Below, piece by piece: positions 36,551 through 44,903 of a stretch of DNA of 57,352 bases; the first letter of the stretch is position 1, and every line of letters starts with the position of its first letter. The DNA is from an uncultured Bordetella sp. (GTDB lineage Bacteria > Pseudomonadota > Gammaproteobacteria > Burkholderiales > JACQAP01): contig CAYODB010000001.1 of assembly GCA_964402495.1 (NCBI GenBank), positions 687-58,038 of the forward strand, read 5' to 3'. The notes beneath the pieces are model-generated. The model searched no databases. It worked only from the letters and a program-made list of their open reading frames with translations, and was not told the origin of the DNA. Position numbers and translations under genes: made by a program.

Positions 36551-37453
36551 TCAGAATTTTCTCAGTACGACAAAATCGGCCAGTTCGCGCAGGTGGCCGC
36601 CCCCTTCGGGCAGGCTTGCAAGCGCCCGTAGCGCATCATCCCTCAATTCGCAGGCGAGTTCCCGGGCGCGATCCAGTCCCAGCGCGCTGACGTACGTGGG
36701 TTTGTTGTTGTCAGCGTCCTTGCCCGCCGTCTTGCCCAGTGTAGCGGTACTGGAATCGGCGTCGAGCACGTCGTCGACGACCTGGAATGCCAGGCCGATG
36801 AACTTGCTGAAGCGATCCAGCGAATCCAGTTGTGCGCCGCTCAATGCACTGCCGCAACGCGCGCCCAGCGCCACCGACGCGCGGATCAGGGCACCCGTCT
36901 TGTGGATGTGCATGAATTCGAGTTCGGGCACGGACAAAGATCCTCCCGTTGCCGCCAGGTCGATCGCCTGCCCGCCCGCCATTCCCCTTGATCCGCCTGC
37001 GCAAGCGAGCATGCCGATCATTTCCACCTGCCGCTGCGCATCGTCGGCGAGCCTGGTTTCGGCAATTACCTGGAAGGCCAGGCTCTGCAGGCTGTCGCCC
37101 ACGAGCAATGCCGTGGCCTCGTCGAACTCGATATGGACAGTGGGCTTGCCCCTGCGCAGTACATCGTTGTCCATGGCCGGCATGTCGTCATGGACCAGAG
37201 AGTAGGCGTGGATCATTTCCACCGCCGCCGCCACCCGGTCCACGCGCTGCAGCTCCGCCCCGGCCAGTTCTCCCGCACCATATGCCAGCAGCGGACGTAC
37301 CCGCTTGCCGCCACCCAGCACCGCGTAACGCATGGCAGCGTGCAGGCGCGAAGGGGCAATCTCCGCGGCCGGCAGCAGAGCGTGCAGGGCTTGCTCGATG
37401 CGGGCCTGTCGGTCCAGCATCCAGCCCTGAAAATCACTCTGCGCTGTCGTCAC
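36551..37453 (-). CDS. ispA: (2E,6E)-farnesyl diphosphate synthase
   Basis: GGKRVRPLL, the first DDxxD (LVHDDMPAMDND) and the second (FQVVDDVLD). GTG start at 37453 overlapping xseB by 20 nt, or ATG at 37420. Confidence 0.9.
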   Translation of the reverse strand: MTTAQSDFQGWMLDRQARIEQALHALLPAAEIAPSRLHAAMRYAVLGGGKRVRPLLAYGAGELAGAELQRVDRVAAAVEMIHAYSLVHDDMPAMDNDVLRRGKPTVHIEFDEATALLVGDSLQSLAFQVIAETRLADDAQRQVEMIGMLACAGGSRGMAGGQAIDLAATGGSLSVPELEFMHIHKTGALIRASVALGARCGSALSGAQLDSLDRFSKFIGLAFQVVDDVLDADSSTATLGKTAGKDADNNKPTYVSALGLDRARELACELRDDALRALASLPEGGGHLRELADFVVLRKF

Positions 37454-37673
37454 CGGAAAAATTCTGCAAGGTGCCAGATTCCAGAATCTTGACCTGCTGC
37501 TGGGCGTCCCGGAGTTGAGCCTGGCAGTACTGAAGCAGTTCCGCCCCACGCTTGTAGGCCGCAAGGGATTGTTCGAGGGGTAGTTCGCCGCCTTCCATGG
37601 ATGCGACGATGCTTTCAATTTCTGAGAGCGCGGCCTCGAAGGACTGGGGTTTTTGCGGCTTCGTTTTGGTCAC
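37434..37673 (-). CDS. xseB: exodeoxyribonuclease VII small subunit
   Basis: 79 aa: FEAALSEIESIVASMEGGELPLEQSLAAYKRGAELLQYCQAQL. Confidence 0.9.
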   Translation of the reverse strand: MTKTKPQKPQSFEAALSEIESIVASMEGGELPLEQSLAAYKRGAELLQYCQAQLRDAQQQVKILESGTLQNFSGDDSAE

Positions 37674-37920
37674 TTGGTTTCAGCCCTGGGGCAAAGGCGG
37701 GTTCGACCGCACGGAAAAGTTCGTAAAAATAGCCTATCCCTGGAACCCGGGTCAACGAAAGGGGTCCGATTCCGTTAGAAATCATGAAGATCAACCGTGC
37801 CAAATGCGTTGCGCGGGGTAGGGTTTTAAGGGAAAATCGACCATGGAAATCCGCCCTGTGTCATGCGATAAGCTGGGGGCGGTTTTTTTATTATTGTTTG
37901 CCTTGCAGGGATAAGCTGGT

Positions 37921-39024
37921 ATGACGGATCTGGCTAATGTTTCTGCTCTGACGAGAACGCCGGTGCAGATGCCGGTCGACTGGTACTTCGATCCGCGCAT
38001 CGCGGCGATAGAGCAGAAGGTACTGTTCGAGAAGGGGCCGGGCTACGTGGGTCACGAATTGATGGTTCCGGATATCGGCAACTATCGCAGCCTGGAGTGG
38101 ATGAACCACGCCAAGACGCTGGTCCACAACCGGAACGGCGTGGAACTGCTGTCGAATGTCTGCCGCCACCGGCAGTCGATCATGCTCAAGGGCAGCGGGC
38201 ATGCCCACAACATCGTGTGCCCCCTGCACCGCTGGACCTACGACATGTCCGGCAAGCTGCTCGGCGCGCCGCATTTTCCGGGAAACCCCTGCCTTGACCT
38301 TGGCAAGACGCCGTTGAAATCCTGGAACGGACTGCTGTTCTCGGGTCCCCGCAATCCCAATGTGGACTTCGCGAAACTGGGTGTGCTCGCGGATCTCGAT
38401 TTTTCCGGCTACATGCTGGATCGCACGACCATCGAGGAATACGCGGTCAACTGGAAGACTTTCATCGAGGTATACCTCGAGGATTATCACGTCATTCCGT
38501 TTCATCCCGGACTCGGCCAGTTCGTCAACACCGACGACCTCAAGTGGGAGTTCGGCGAGTGGTACAGCGTGCAGACAGTGGGCATCTATCAGGCGCTCGG
38601 CACGCCGGGGACGGCGGCCTACCAAAAGTGGCAGGAAGCCGTCCTGCGCCACAACAACGGACAGATGCCGAAGCAGGGTGCGATCTGGCTGACGTACTAT
38701 CCGAATGTGATGGTCGAGTGGTACCCCAACGTTCTGGTGATCAGCACCATCGTGCCGCGCGGTCCGGAGCGCTGCGCCAATGTCGTCGAGTTCTACTATC
38801 CGGAAGACATCGTCCTGTTCGAACGCGAATTCATCGAAGCCGAACAGGCCGCGTATGCGGAAACCGCCGGGGAAGACGAGGAAATCTGCATGCGCATGAC
38901 CGAGGGACGCCGCGCGCTCTATCAGCAGGGCAAGGACGAGTCCGGCCCCTATCAGTCGCCGATGGAAGACGGCATGATCCATTTCCACGAGTTCCTGCGC
39001 TCGCATATCGATCCGCATCTCTGA
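37921..39024 (+). CDS. Rieske (2Fe-2S) aromatic ring-hydroxylating oxygenase alpha-subunit-like protein
   Basis: Rieske motif CRHRQSIM...CPLHRWTY. 367 aa. Divergent from xseB. Confidence 0.9.
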   Translation: MTDLANVSALTRTPVQMPVDWYFDPRIAAIEQKVLFEKGPGYVGHELMVPDIGNYRSLEWMNHAKTLVHNRNGVELLSNVCRHRQSIMLKGSGHAHNIVCPLHRWTYDMSGKLLGAPHFPGNPCLDLGKTPLKSWNGLLFSGPRNPNVDFAKLGVLADLDFSGYMLDRTTIEEYAVNWKTFIEVYLEDYHVIPFHPGLGQFVNTDDLKWEFGEWYSVQTVGIYQALGTPGTAAYQKWQEAVLRHNNGQMPKQGAIWLTYYPNVMVEWYPNVLVISTIVPRGPERCANVVEFYYPEDIVLFEREFIEAEQAAYAETAGEDEEICMRMTEGRRALYQQGKDESGPYQSPMEDGMIHFHEFLRSHIDPHL

Positions 39025-39042
39025 TCAGCGTCGCGCGCCAAC

Positions 39043-39072
39043 AAAGCCCTGGCCGCCGGGGCTTTGTTTTTT
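39043..39072 (+). terminator. rho-independent terminator after the Rieske gene
   Basis: aaagccctggccgccggggctttgtttttt. Confidence 0.7.
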
Positions 39073-39132
39073 GCGGCGTGCGCCCGCGTCGCTTAATATA
39101 GGCAGAATCAGGAACCCTCCAAACGGAACGCC

Positions 39133-39972
39133 ATGGATTACACCACGCTCATCTCCGTCGCCGAACTGGCGAAACACCTCAACGATCCGGAAGTGGTGGT
39201 TTTCGATTGCCGCCACGAACTGACCAATGCGGATTTCGGACCGAAGGCATACGCGGAGTCACACATCCCCGGCGCGCGCTTCGCCAACATCGACAAGAAC
39301 CTCTCCGGCTCGCTGACGGGAAAGAACGGCAGGCATCCTCTGCCCGATGCGGGTAGTTTCATGGAGTGGCTCGGACGCCTGGGCGTATCGAATGCATCGC
39401 AAGTGGTCGGATACGATCACGCGGGCGGCCCCTACGGCGCGAGGTTGTGGTGGCTGATGCGCTGGCTCGGGCATTCCCGGGTGGCGATACTCGACGGTGG
39501 CTGGCAAGCGTGGAACGCGGCCGGGCAGCCGGTCACGAAGGATGTGCCGGCGCCGAAGCCGGCAGAATTCTCGGGCAAACCGGACCATTCGCGGGTCGAT
39601 GCGCAATATGTGTCCCAGCGCCTCAAAACGGCGGACATGGTCCTGATCGACGCGCGCGCCAGCGACCGCTTTCACGGCCAGAACGAGACCATCGATCCGG
39701 TCGCCGGCCACATTCCCGGCGCGCTCAACCGCTTTTTCAAGGACAACCTGGACGCCAAGGGCCAGTTCAAGTCACCCGAGGAGCTGCGCGCTGCGTTCAA
39801 CCCGCTGATCGGCAGCACGCCCGCCGAAAAAGTCATCCACCAGTGCGGCTCGGGCATTACCGCCTGCCACAACCTGCTTGCAATGGAAGTCGCGGGCATC
39901 AAGGGAACGCGGCTGTACTCGGGCTCGTGGAGCGAGTGGATCGCGGATCCCTCGCGTCCCGTCGCCAAATAG
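39133..39972 (+). CDS. sulfurtransferase (tandem rhodanese, SseA/thiosulfate sulfurtransferase-like)
   Basis: Two rhodanese domains. Active-site loop CGSGITACH. HIPGA motifs. Confidence 0.9.
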   Translation: MDYTTLISVAELAKHLNDPEVVVFDCRHELTNADFGPKAYAESHIPGARFANIDKNLSGSLTGKNGRHPLPDAGSFMEWLGRLGVSNASQVVGYDHAGGPYGARLWWLMRWLGHSRVAILDGGWQAWNAAGQPVTKDVPAPKPAEFSGKPDHSRVDAQYVSQRLKTADMVLIDARASDRFHGQNETIDPVAGHIPGALNRFFKDNLDAKGQFKSPEELRAAFNPLIGSTPAEKVIHQCGSGITACHNLLAMEVAGIKGTRLYSGSWSEWIADPSRPVAK

Positions 39973-39988
39973 GCGCCAACGCAGGCCG

Positions 39989-40369
39989 ATGGCCTGGATC
40001 GCAAACGGCGTCCTCATTGTCCACGCGCTGTTCGTGGCGTTTGTCGTCGGCGGACTCGCGTTTGTGTGGCTGGGCGCGTGGCGCGGCTGGGTCGCCGCGC
40101 GTAATTTTCGCTTTCGCGTGCTTCATCTTGCGGCAATCCTATTTGTCGCGCTGGAATCCCTGGCCGGCATCGCCTGCCCGCTGACCGTATGGGAAGACTC
40201 GCTGCGGGGCGGGAACGCAAACGGAGACTTCCTCGCGCGTTGGCTGCATCGGGTGCTGTATTACGATTTCCCCGCCTGGGCATTCATCCTCGTCTACGTG
40301 CTGTTCGCCCTGGCCGCAATCCTCACGTTCCTCCTCATCCCGCCGCGAAAGCAATCGTCGATCGGGTAG
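39989..40369 (+). CDS. DUF2784 family membrane protein
   Basis: Start at MAWIANGVLIVHALFVAFVV. 126 aa, 4 TMS, with the CPLTVWE motif. The last two codons and the stop lie inside the intron on the opposite strand. Confidence 0.75.
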   Translation: MAWIANGVLIVHALFVAFVVGGLAFVWLGAWRGWVAARNFRFRVLHLAAILFVALESLAGIACPLTVWEDSLRGGNANGDFLARWLHRVLYYDFPAWAFILVYVLFALAAILTFLLIPPRKQSSIG

Positions 40370-40987
40370 GGGACCGGGTCACCCCGGTCGCCCTCCCACA
40401 CCACCGGACGTGCGGTTCCGCATCCGGCGGTTCATGGAATGCGCTGGAGGCGCTGCACCGTATCGAGCAGCGACACCAGCCCCAAATGGTCGAACCAGGA
40501 CTTCGGGCAGGCAGCGTGCAGGTGTCCACCATGCCCGCCTGATCTGCCCGACCCGCTTCCGCCTTCATCGGCTTGCCTTGAGAATCCCGCCGCCTACTCA
40601 CGGCACTTCACGTTCTGCCCTTCGGGTCGCACTGACCCCTATCTATGGCCTCGGCTGACTTCTGGCGACCCATCCCAACACCTCTCGATATCGGTAGCAC
40701 AGGGCAGACCGCCAGATCTCCCCGGGTATTGCGCACGCACCTTCACGCTTATGCCTGTCGGATCTACGCCGCAGCGTTCCGTGCAAGTATCGGGCTTCAC
40801 AGATATTTGCCTGCTCACCCCGCTGCGTCGCCTCTATCCGTTTCCTGTTCGTCCGGCCAGCGCTTTGCCTACAGCTTCCTCCCGATTCGCAGTCGCCCGC
40901 GACACCCTTGCCGTTCGGCTAACACTTCCCCCTGCCGGGTGTGTAGAGGACTTCCACCTCCAGGTACATGCGCCCTGCCGGGCGCAC
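40361..40987 (-). mobile_element. ORF-less group II intron (ribozyme domains only)
   Basis: The minus-strand RNA begins GUGCG. A domain-V-like hairpin lies at 40400-40433 (GAACCGCCGGAUGCG-GAAC-CGCACGUCCGGUGGU with a 2-nt bulge). A domain-VI-like hairpin has a single bulged A (40367) 7 nt from the 3' end ...CCCGAU. There is no credible RT ORF. Confidence 0.7.
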
Positions 40988-40992
40988 AAATG

Positions 40993-41018
40993 AAAAGCCC
41001 CCGGTCGCGGGGGCTTTT
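40993..41018. terminator. bidirectional rho-independent terminator (cytochrome b561 / ancestral DUF2784 end)
   Basis: aaaagcccccggtcgcgggggctttt: a GC stem flanked by an A-run and a T-run. Confidence 0.75.
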
Positions 41019-41039
41019 GTACCTTCAGGCAAGTCCGGG

Positions 41040-41585
41040 TTATTTTCCGGGCAGGATGCGCTGGAACACACCGTCGCGGTTGATCAGGAGATGCTTGAGG
41101 GCGGCGAGGATATGGATGGCAACCAGCACGATCAGCAAGGTGGCGGTGACGCCGTGGATACCCTGGAGCAAGGAATAAATCTCGCGGCTCTCCCAGCCCA
41201 TGGGCGGTATCTTGAACAGCCCGAAATAAGTAACGCCGTACTTGGTGAACTGAGAAGCCGAAAAACCTGACAGCGGCATCAGGACCAGGCAGAGATACAG
41301 CAAGGCATGGCTGATTTTCGAGGCCTGCACCTGCCAGTCCGGCAGGAATGCCGGCAGCGGGGGGGGCGGATTCTTTGCCCTCCACCACAACCGCAGCAGC
41401 ACCAGGATGGCCACCGTCACGCCGATCGACTTGTGCAGGTTGAAGAAAAAAGTCCGTTCCGGCGTGCCCTTTGGAATGTCGCCCATGTACAAGCCCAGGC
41501 CGATCATTCCAAGCACCAGAACACTGATCAGCCAGTGAAAGGCGATCGCCGGTTTCGTGTAACGCCGGATGCTGCCGTTGCTCAT
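41040..41585 (-). CDS. cytochrome b561 family protein (CybB-like)
   Basis: 181 aa, 4 TMS, conserved His ligands ([24 protein letters not shown]). Confidence 0.9.
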   Translation of the reverse strand: MSNGSIRRYTKPAIAFHWLISVLVLGMIGLGLYMGDIPKGTPERTFFFNLHKSIGVTVAILVLLRLWWRAKNPPPPLPAFLPDWQVQASKISHALLYLCLVLMPLSGFSASQFTKYGVTYFGLFKIPPMGWESREIYSLLQGIHGVTATLLIVLVAIHILAALKHLLINRDGVFQRILPGK

Positions 41586-41741
41586 TTCTTTTGCCTCTGT
41601 TCTTCCGCCGAATCAGGCTCGTATGTTACGCATCGCCTGACGAATCACAAGCCCGGCGGCGGACCCGCCGCCGCCGCGCGGACTGACGCGGCTGCGGTTG
41701 CCAGATTCGGATCCTTGCGTCGTCAGCAGACGCGCGTACGA

Positions 41742-43889
41742 TCAGAACGCGTAGCTGGCGGAGACGCCGACTTGAAAGTTGCGGCCGGGCGAAGGTTCGT
41801 AATAGGCGAAACCCGAGTCGTTCAGGACGACTGAGCCCGAGTATTTTTCGTCGAAGAGGTTGTTGACCCGCGCAAACTCGGTAAAGCGCCAGCCGCCGCT
41901 TACCTGCTTGAACCCCAGCCTCCAGTTCACCACCGTGTAGGCATCGGCGTAGTCGGTGTTTACGTCGTTGACGTACACCTTGTCCACCCAGCGCGCCTCC
42001 ACCGCCGTGGACATGCCATCGAAACCGGACCAGGCGAGTTCGCCGTAAACGGTGTTTTCCGGAATGCCGGGAATGTTGTTGCCTGCCGGAACAGTGGTAT
42101 TGGGTCCCGCGACAGTGGTACAACTGCCGACACACGCGGCAAATGAATTGTCGAACGTCGCCTTGATATAGGAGTAGGCCAGCAGCCCCTTGAAGCCATT
42201 GCCAAACGCGCTGTCCACCGTCAGTTCGAAACCCTCGCGGCTGGTGCTGTCGACGTTGCGGTAGACAGAACGCCCGCTCGCGAAAGTAAACAGCGCCACC
42301 TCGTCCTTGGTATCGATCTTGAACACCGCGGCGTTGACGCGGGTGTTGGCGCCGACGTACGCCTTGACGCCGACCTCGTAGTTGTTGCTGGTGGACGGTT
42401 TCAGGTCGAAATTCATGCCGGTAACCGAGCCATTGGTCGACGCATAGGCCAGCTCGACATTGGTCGGCGTCTCGAAGCCCTTGCCGGCATTGGCGTAGAC
42501 ATTGAGCGCCGGCGTCACCTTGAACACGACGCCAAGCACCGGCGTGGTCTCGCTGAATTTCAGGCTGCCGCTGTCGTCGGGGTTCGTACCAACCACGAAA
42601 TGGTCATCGCTCTCGAACTCGACAGTGGTATGGCGCACTCCGCCGCTGATGCTCCAACGGTCCGTTATGCCCAGTTCCGCCTGCACAAACTGGTCGAAGT
42701 TGAAGACGCTGTTGTCTTCGTCCCGCCCCAGCGCCCCCTTCACGCCGGCATTATTAGTCCAACTGTTGCGCAGCTCGGTCATGTAGTCATAGTTGATACC
42801 GACGGTGAAGTTGAACGGCTTGCCGGACAGTTCCGACTGCCGTGTCCAGCGCAGATCGAGACCATAAAAGTCCCGGTCCAGCCCCAGTGCACCGCGTCCC
42901 GGAAAACTGAAGTTCTGATAGGCTTCGACGGTGCGCACGCCACCGTATCCGGCCAGACGGATCGTGTCCGCCGTAGTCAGTTTATGATTGAGCACGGCGC
43001 CAACCTGCGAATTCTCGAGATACTCGCGCGTGTTGAACGTGGGGCTCGTTCCCGACTGCGTGGGATCGGCGTCGAATTGCGCCTTGGTCAGACTGCCAGG
43101 ACTCTGCGCCTCCTGGCTCAGGGAGTTCGCAACCAGCGACACGCTGGTGTAGTCGTTAACATCAAGACGCAGCTTCGAATTGAAGTTATCGCGGGTCGCC
43201 GCGCTGTGATCCCGATACCCGTCGGTGTCGTAGCGGGCGACATTGGCGACGTAATTCACGCTGCCCTGCTGTCCGCCGGCCTTGAGGCCGATCTTGCTGC
43301 TGCCGAAGTCACCCACCCAGGCCGAGCCGGTCACGGTATGCTGCTCCGGACCGTCCTCAGTGAAGACGTTGATCACGCCGCCAGAGGAGTTACCGTACAA
43401 CGCCGAAAACGGTCCACGCAGCACTTCGATCTGCTTTGCGGTACCCAAGTCGATATTGCCAGACTGACTCTGGCCATCGGGCATGGTCAGCGGAATGCCG
43501 TCGGCAATGATGCGGATGCCGCGTACGCCAAACGGCGCGCGCGCACCGAAACCGCGAATCGAAATCTGCAGGTCCGAGGCCAGGTTGGTCCGGTCGTTGG
43601 CCACCACGCCCGGCACTCGCACCAGCACCTCGGACGTATTGACCTGCGGTTGCGCCGTCTGAATGGCTTCCTTGTCTATGACGTCGATGGAAACCGGCAA
43701 ATCGAAACTGGACTGTTCAATTCGCGTCGGGGTCACCACGATCGGCGCGAGCCTGACATCTTCCTCCTGGGCATGAATCGCCGGCGCGCCGATCAGTGCA
43801 AGCGCAAGGCACAAGGGTCTGACCGTGAGGCGAAACGGAGTGCGGACGACGGAATCTTTGCGTTGGCGCGAAGTCTTTTTTCGGTTCAT
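41742..43889 (-). CDS. TonB-dependent outer-membrane receptor, YncD/PqqU-like
   Basis: Start at MNRKKTS with a signal peptide ending AIHAQ. Plug (APIVVTPTR, IRGFGARAPFGVRGIRIIADGIPLTMPDGQ, VLRGPFSALYGNSSGG). C-terminal NLFDEKYSGS...YYEPSPGRNFQVGVSASYAF. These blocks resemble E. coli YncD as I remember it. Confidence 0.85.
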   Translation of the reverse strand: MNRKKTSRQRKDSVVRTPFRLTVRPLCLALALIGAPAIHAQEEDVRLAPIVVTPTRIEQSSFDLPVSIDVIDKEAIQTAQPQVNTSEVLVRVPGVVANDRTNLASDLQISIRGFGARAPFGVRGIRIIADGIPLTMPDGQSQSGNIDLGTAKQIEVLRGPFSALYGNSSGGVINVFTEDGPEQHTVTGSAWVGDFGSSKIGLKAGGQQGSVNYVANVARYDTDGYRDHSAATRDNFNSKLRLDVNDYTSVSLVANSLSQEAQSPGSLTKAQFDADPTQSGTSPTFNTREYLENSQVGAVLNHKLTTADTIRLAGYGGVRTVEAYQNFSFPGRGALGLDRDFYGLDLRWTRQSELSGKPFNFTVGINYDYMTELRNSWTNNAGVKGALGRDEDNSVFNFDQFVQAELGITDRWSISGGVRHTTVEFESDDHFVVGTNPDDSGSLKFSETTPVLGVVFKVTPALNVYANAGKGFETPTNVELAYASTNGSVTGMNFDLKPSTSNNYEVGVKAYVGANTRVNAAVFKIDTKDEVALFTFASGRSVYRNVDSTSREGFELTVDSAFGNGFKGLLAYSYIKATFDNSFAACVGSCTTVAGPNTTVPAGNNIPGIPENTVYGELAWSGFDGMSTAVEARWVDKVYVNDVNTDYADAYTVVNWRLGFKQVSGGWRFTEFARVNNLFDEKYSGSVVLNDSGFAYYEPSPGRNFQVGVSASYAF

Positions 43890-43944
43890 TTTCTGCTCTG
43901 CTCTTTCAAGTGCGCCGATCGGCACGTCTACGGAAAAATCGATA

Positions 43945-43975
43945 CAAAAAAAAGGGCTGCTCAAGAGCAGCCCTT
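43945..43975 (-). terminator. rho-independent terminator directly after the orphan pqqA
   Basis: The minus strand reads AAGGGCTGCTCTTGAGCAGCCCTTTTTTTTG. Confidence 0.75.
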
Positions 43976-43992
43976 CGGATAGTGCGTCGCGA

Positions 43993-44064
43993 TCAGCGAT
44001 TGAAGACGTACATCGTGACTTCAAAGCCAAAGCGCATTTCGGTGTATTCGGGTTTCGTCCACAT
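43993..44064 (-). CDS. pqqA: PQQ precursor peptide PqqA, second (orphan) copy
   Basis: Not in the ORF track (23 aa). [33 protein letters not shown] has the conserved E-x3-Y. It has 21/23 identity with the operon copy. Confidence 0.85.
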   Translation of the reverse strand: MWTKPEYTEMRFGFEVTMYVFNR

Positions 44065-44182
44065 GGTGAAGCTCCTTCAGAGAGAGTTAATCGACTTCCC
44101 GGGTCAGGGGCCGTTTCTTTGACCTTGGGTGCATTGTGATTGACCAACCGGTCGGACCCAACAGGAAAAGCCTGAAATAGCG

Positions 44183-44199
44183 CTCATGATTTTCATTAG
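44183..44199. promoter_or_regulatory. Fur-box-like site upstream of the orphan pqqA/receptor
   Basis: ctcatgattttcattag. Its reverse complement contains ATGAAAATCAT, one mismatch from the ATGATAATCAT core of the classical Fur box. A second AT-rich TTATCATTAT lies at about 44216-44235. Confidence 0.35.
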
Positions 44200-44234
44200 C
44201 CGCCATTTGGGAAATGTTAATTTATCATTATTTT

Positions 44235-44903
44235 TCATGGCTTTAACAAGCCCGCGCGAATTGCGATGATGGCGAGTTCCGCGGAATTGGACGCGCCGAG
44301 CTTCTGCTTGATGTTGTACAGGTGGGTGCCGATGGTGCGCGGGCTCAGCGACATGATTTCCGCTATCTCCGCGACCGACTGGCCCTTCGCCAAGGCGAGG
44401 AAGACCTTGAACTCCTTCTCGCTCAGCATATCCACGGGATTGCGCTCGCCGTTGAGCTGCTGCATCGCCAGTTGCTGGGCAATTTCCGGCTCCAGAAAAG
44501 TCTTGCCCTGCTGCACCTGCCGGATGGCTTGCATCAGGGCTTCGGCGGCGCTGCGTTTGGTGAGATAGCCTGCAGCGCCCGCTTTGAGCACCCTGCGCGC
44601 GTGCATGGCGTCTTCGTGAGCGGATAGCACGAGGATCCGCGCCGCCGGTTCCCTTGCCAGGATGCGGTCTATCGCCTCGATACCGCCGATTCCCGGCATC
44701 GAAATGTCCATCACGACCACATCGGGCTTGAGTTCCGGATACTTGCGGCAGGCTTCTTCACCGCTTTCGGCCTCCCCCACCACCTTGATGTCGGACGAGC
44801 CTTCGAGCAGGAGCCTGAAACCCATGCGCACCACCGCATGGTCATCCACCAGCATTACGTTGATCGTGCCGCTTGCCATTTGTGACCCGTTCCCCGCCTT
44901 CAT
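44235..44903 (-). CDS. NarL/FixJ (LuxR-type) response regulator
   Basis: The start ATG overlaps the kinase stop (ATGA). VMLVDDHAVVR, DISMPG and a C-terminal HTH (LSEKEFKVFLALAKGQSVAEIAEIMSLSPRTIGTHLYNIKQKLG). Confidence 0.9.
   Translation of the reverse strand: MKAGNGSQMASGTINVMLVDDHAVVRMGFRLLLEGSSDIKVVGEAESGEEACRKYPELKPDVVVMDISMPGIGGIEAIDRILAREPAARILVLSAHEDAMHARRVLKAGAAGYLTKRSAAEALMQAIRQVQQGKTFLEPEIAQQLAMQQLNGERNPVDMLSEKEFKVFLALAKGQSVAEIAEIMSLSPRTIGTHLYNIKQKLGASNSAELAIIAIRAGLLKP

Noticed and set aside
35034-37205. 723-aa plus-strand ORF.
   Set aside because: It is antisense to dxs and ispA, both of which have unmistakable signature motifs on the minus strand.
40335-41178. ORFs 40335..40601(-), 40439..40993(+), 40645..41178(+) and 40834..41388(-) in the DUF2784/cytochrome b561 gap.
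   Set aside because: The region is better explained as a structured group II intron RNA. The translations are Pro/Arg/Ser-rich with no RBS. Strings like [11 protein letters not shown] are what conserved domain V sequence yields when translated.
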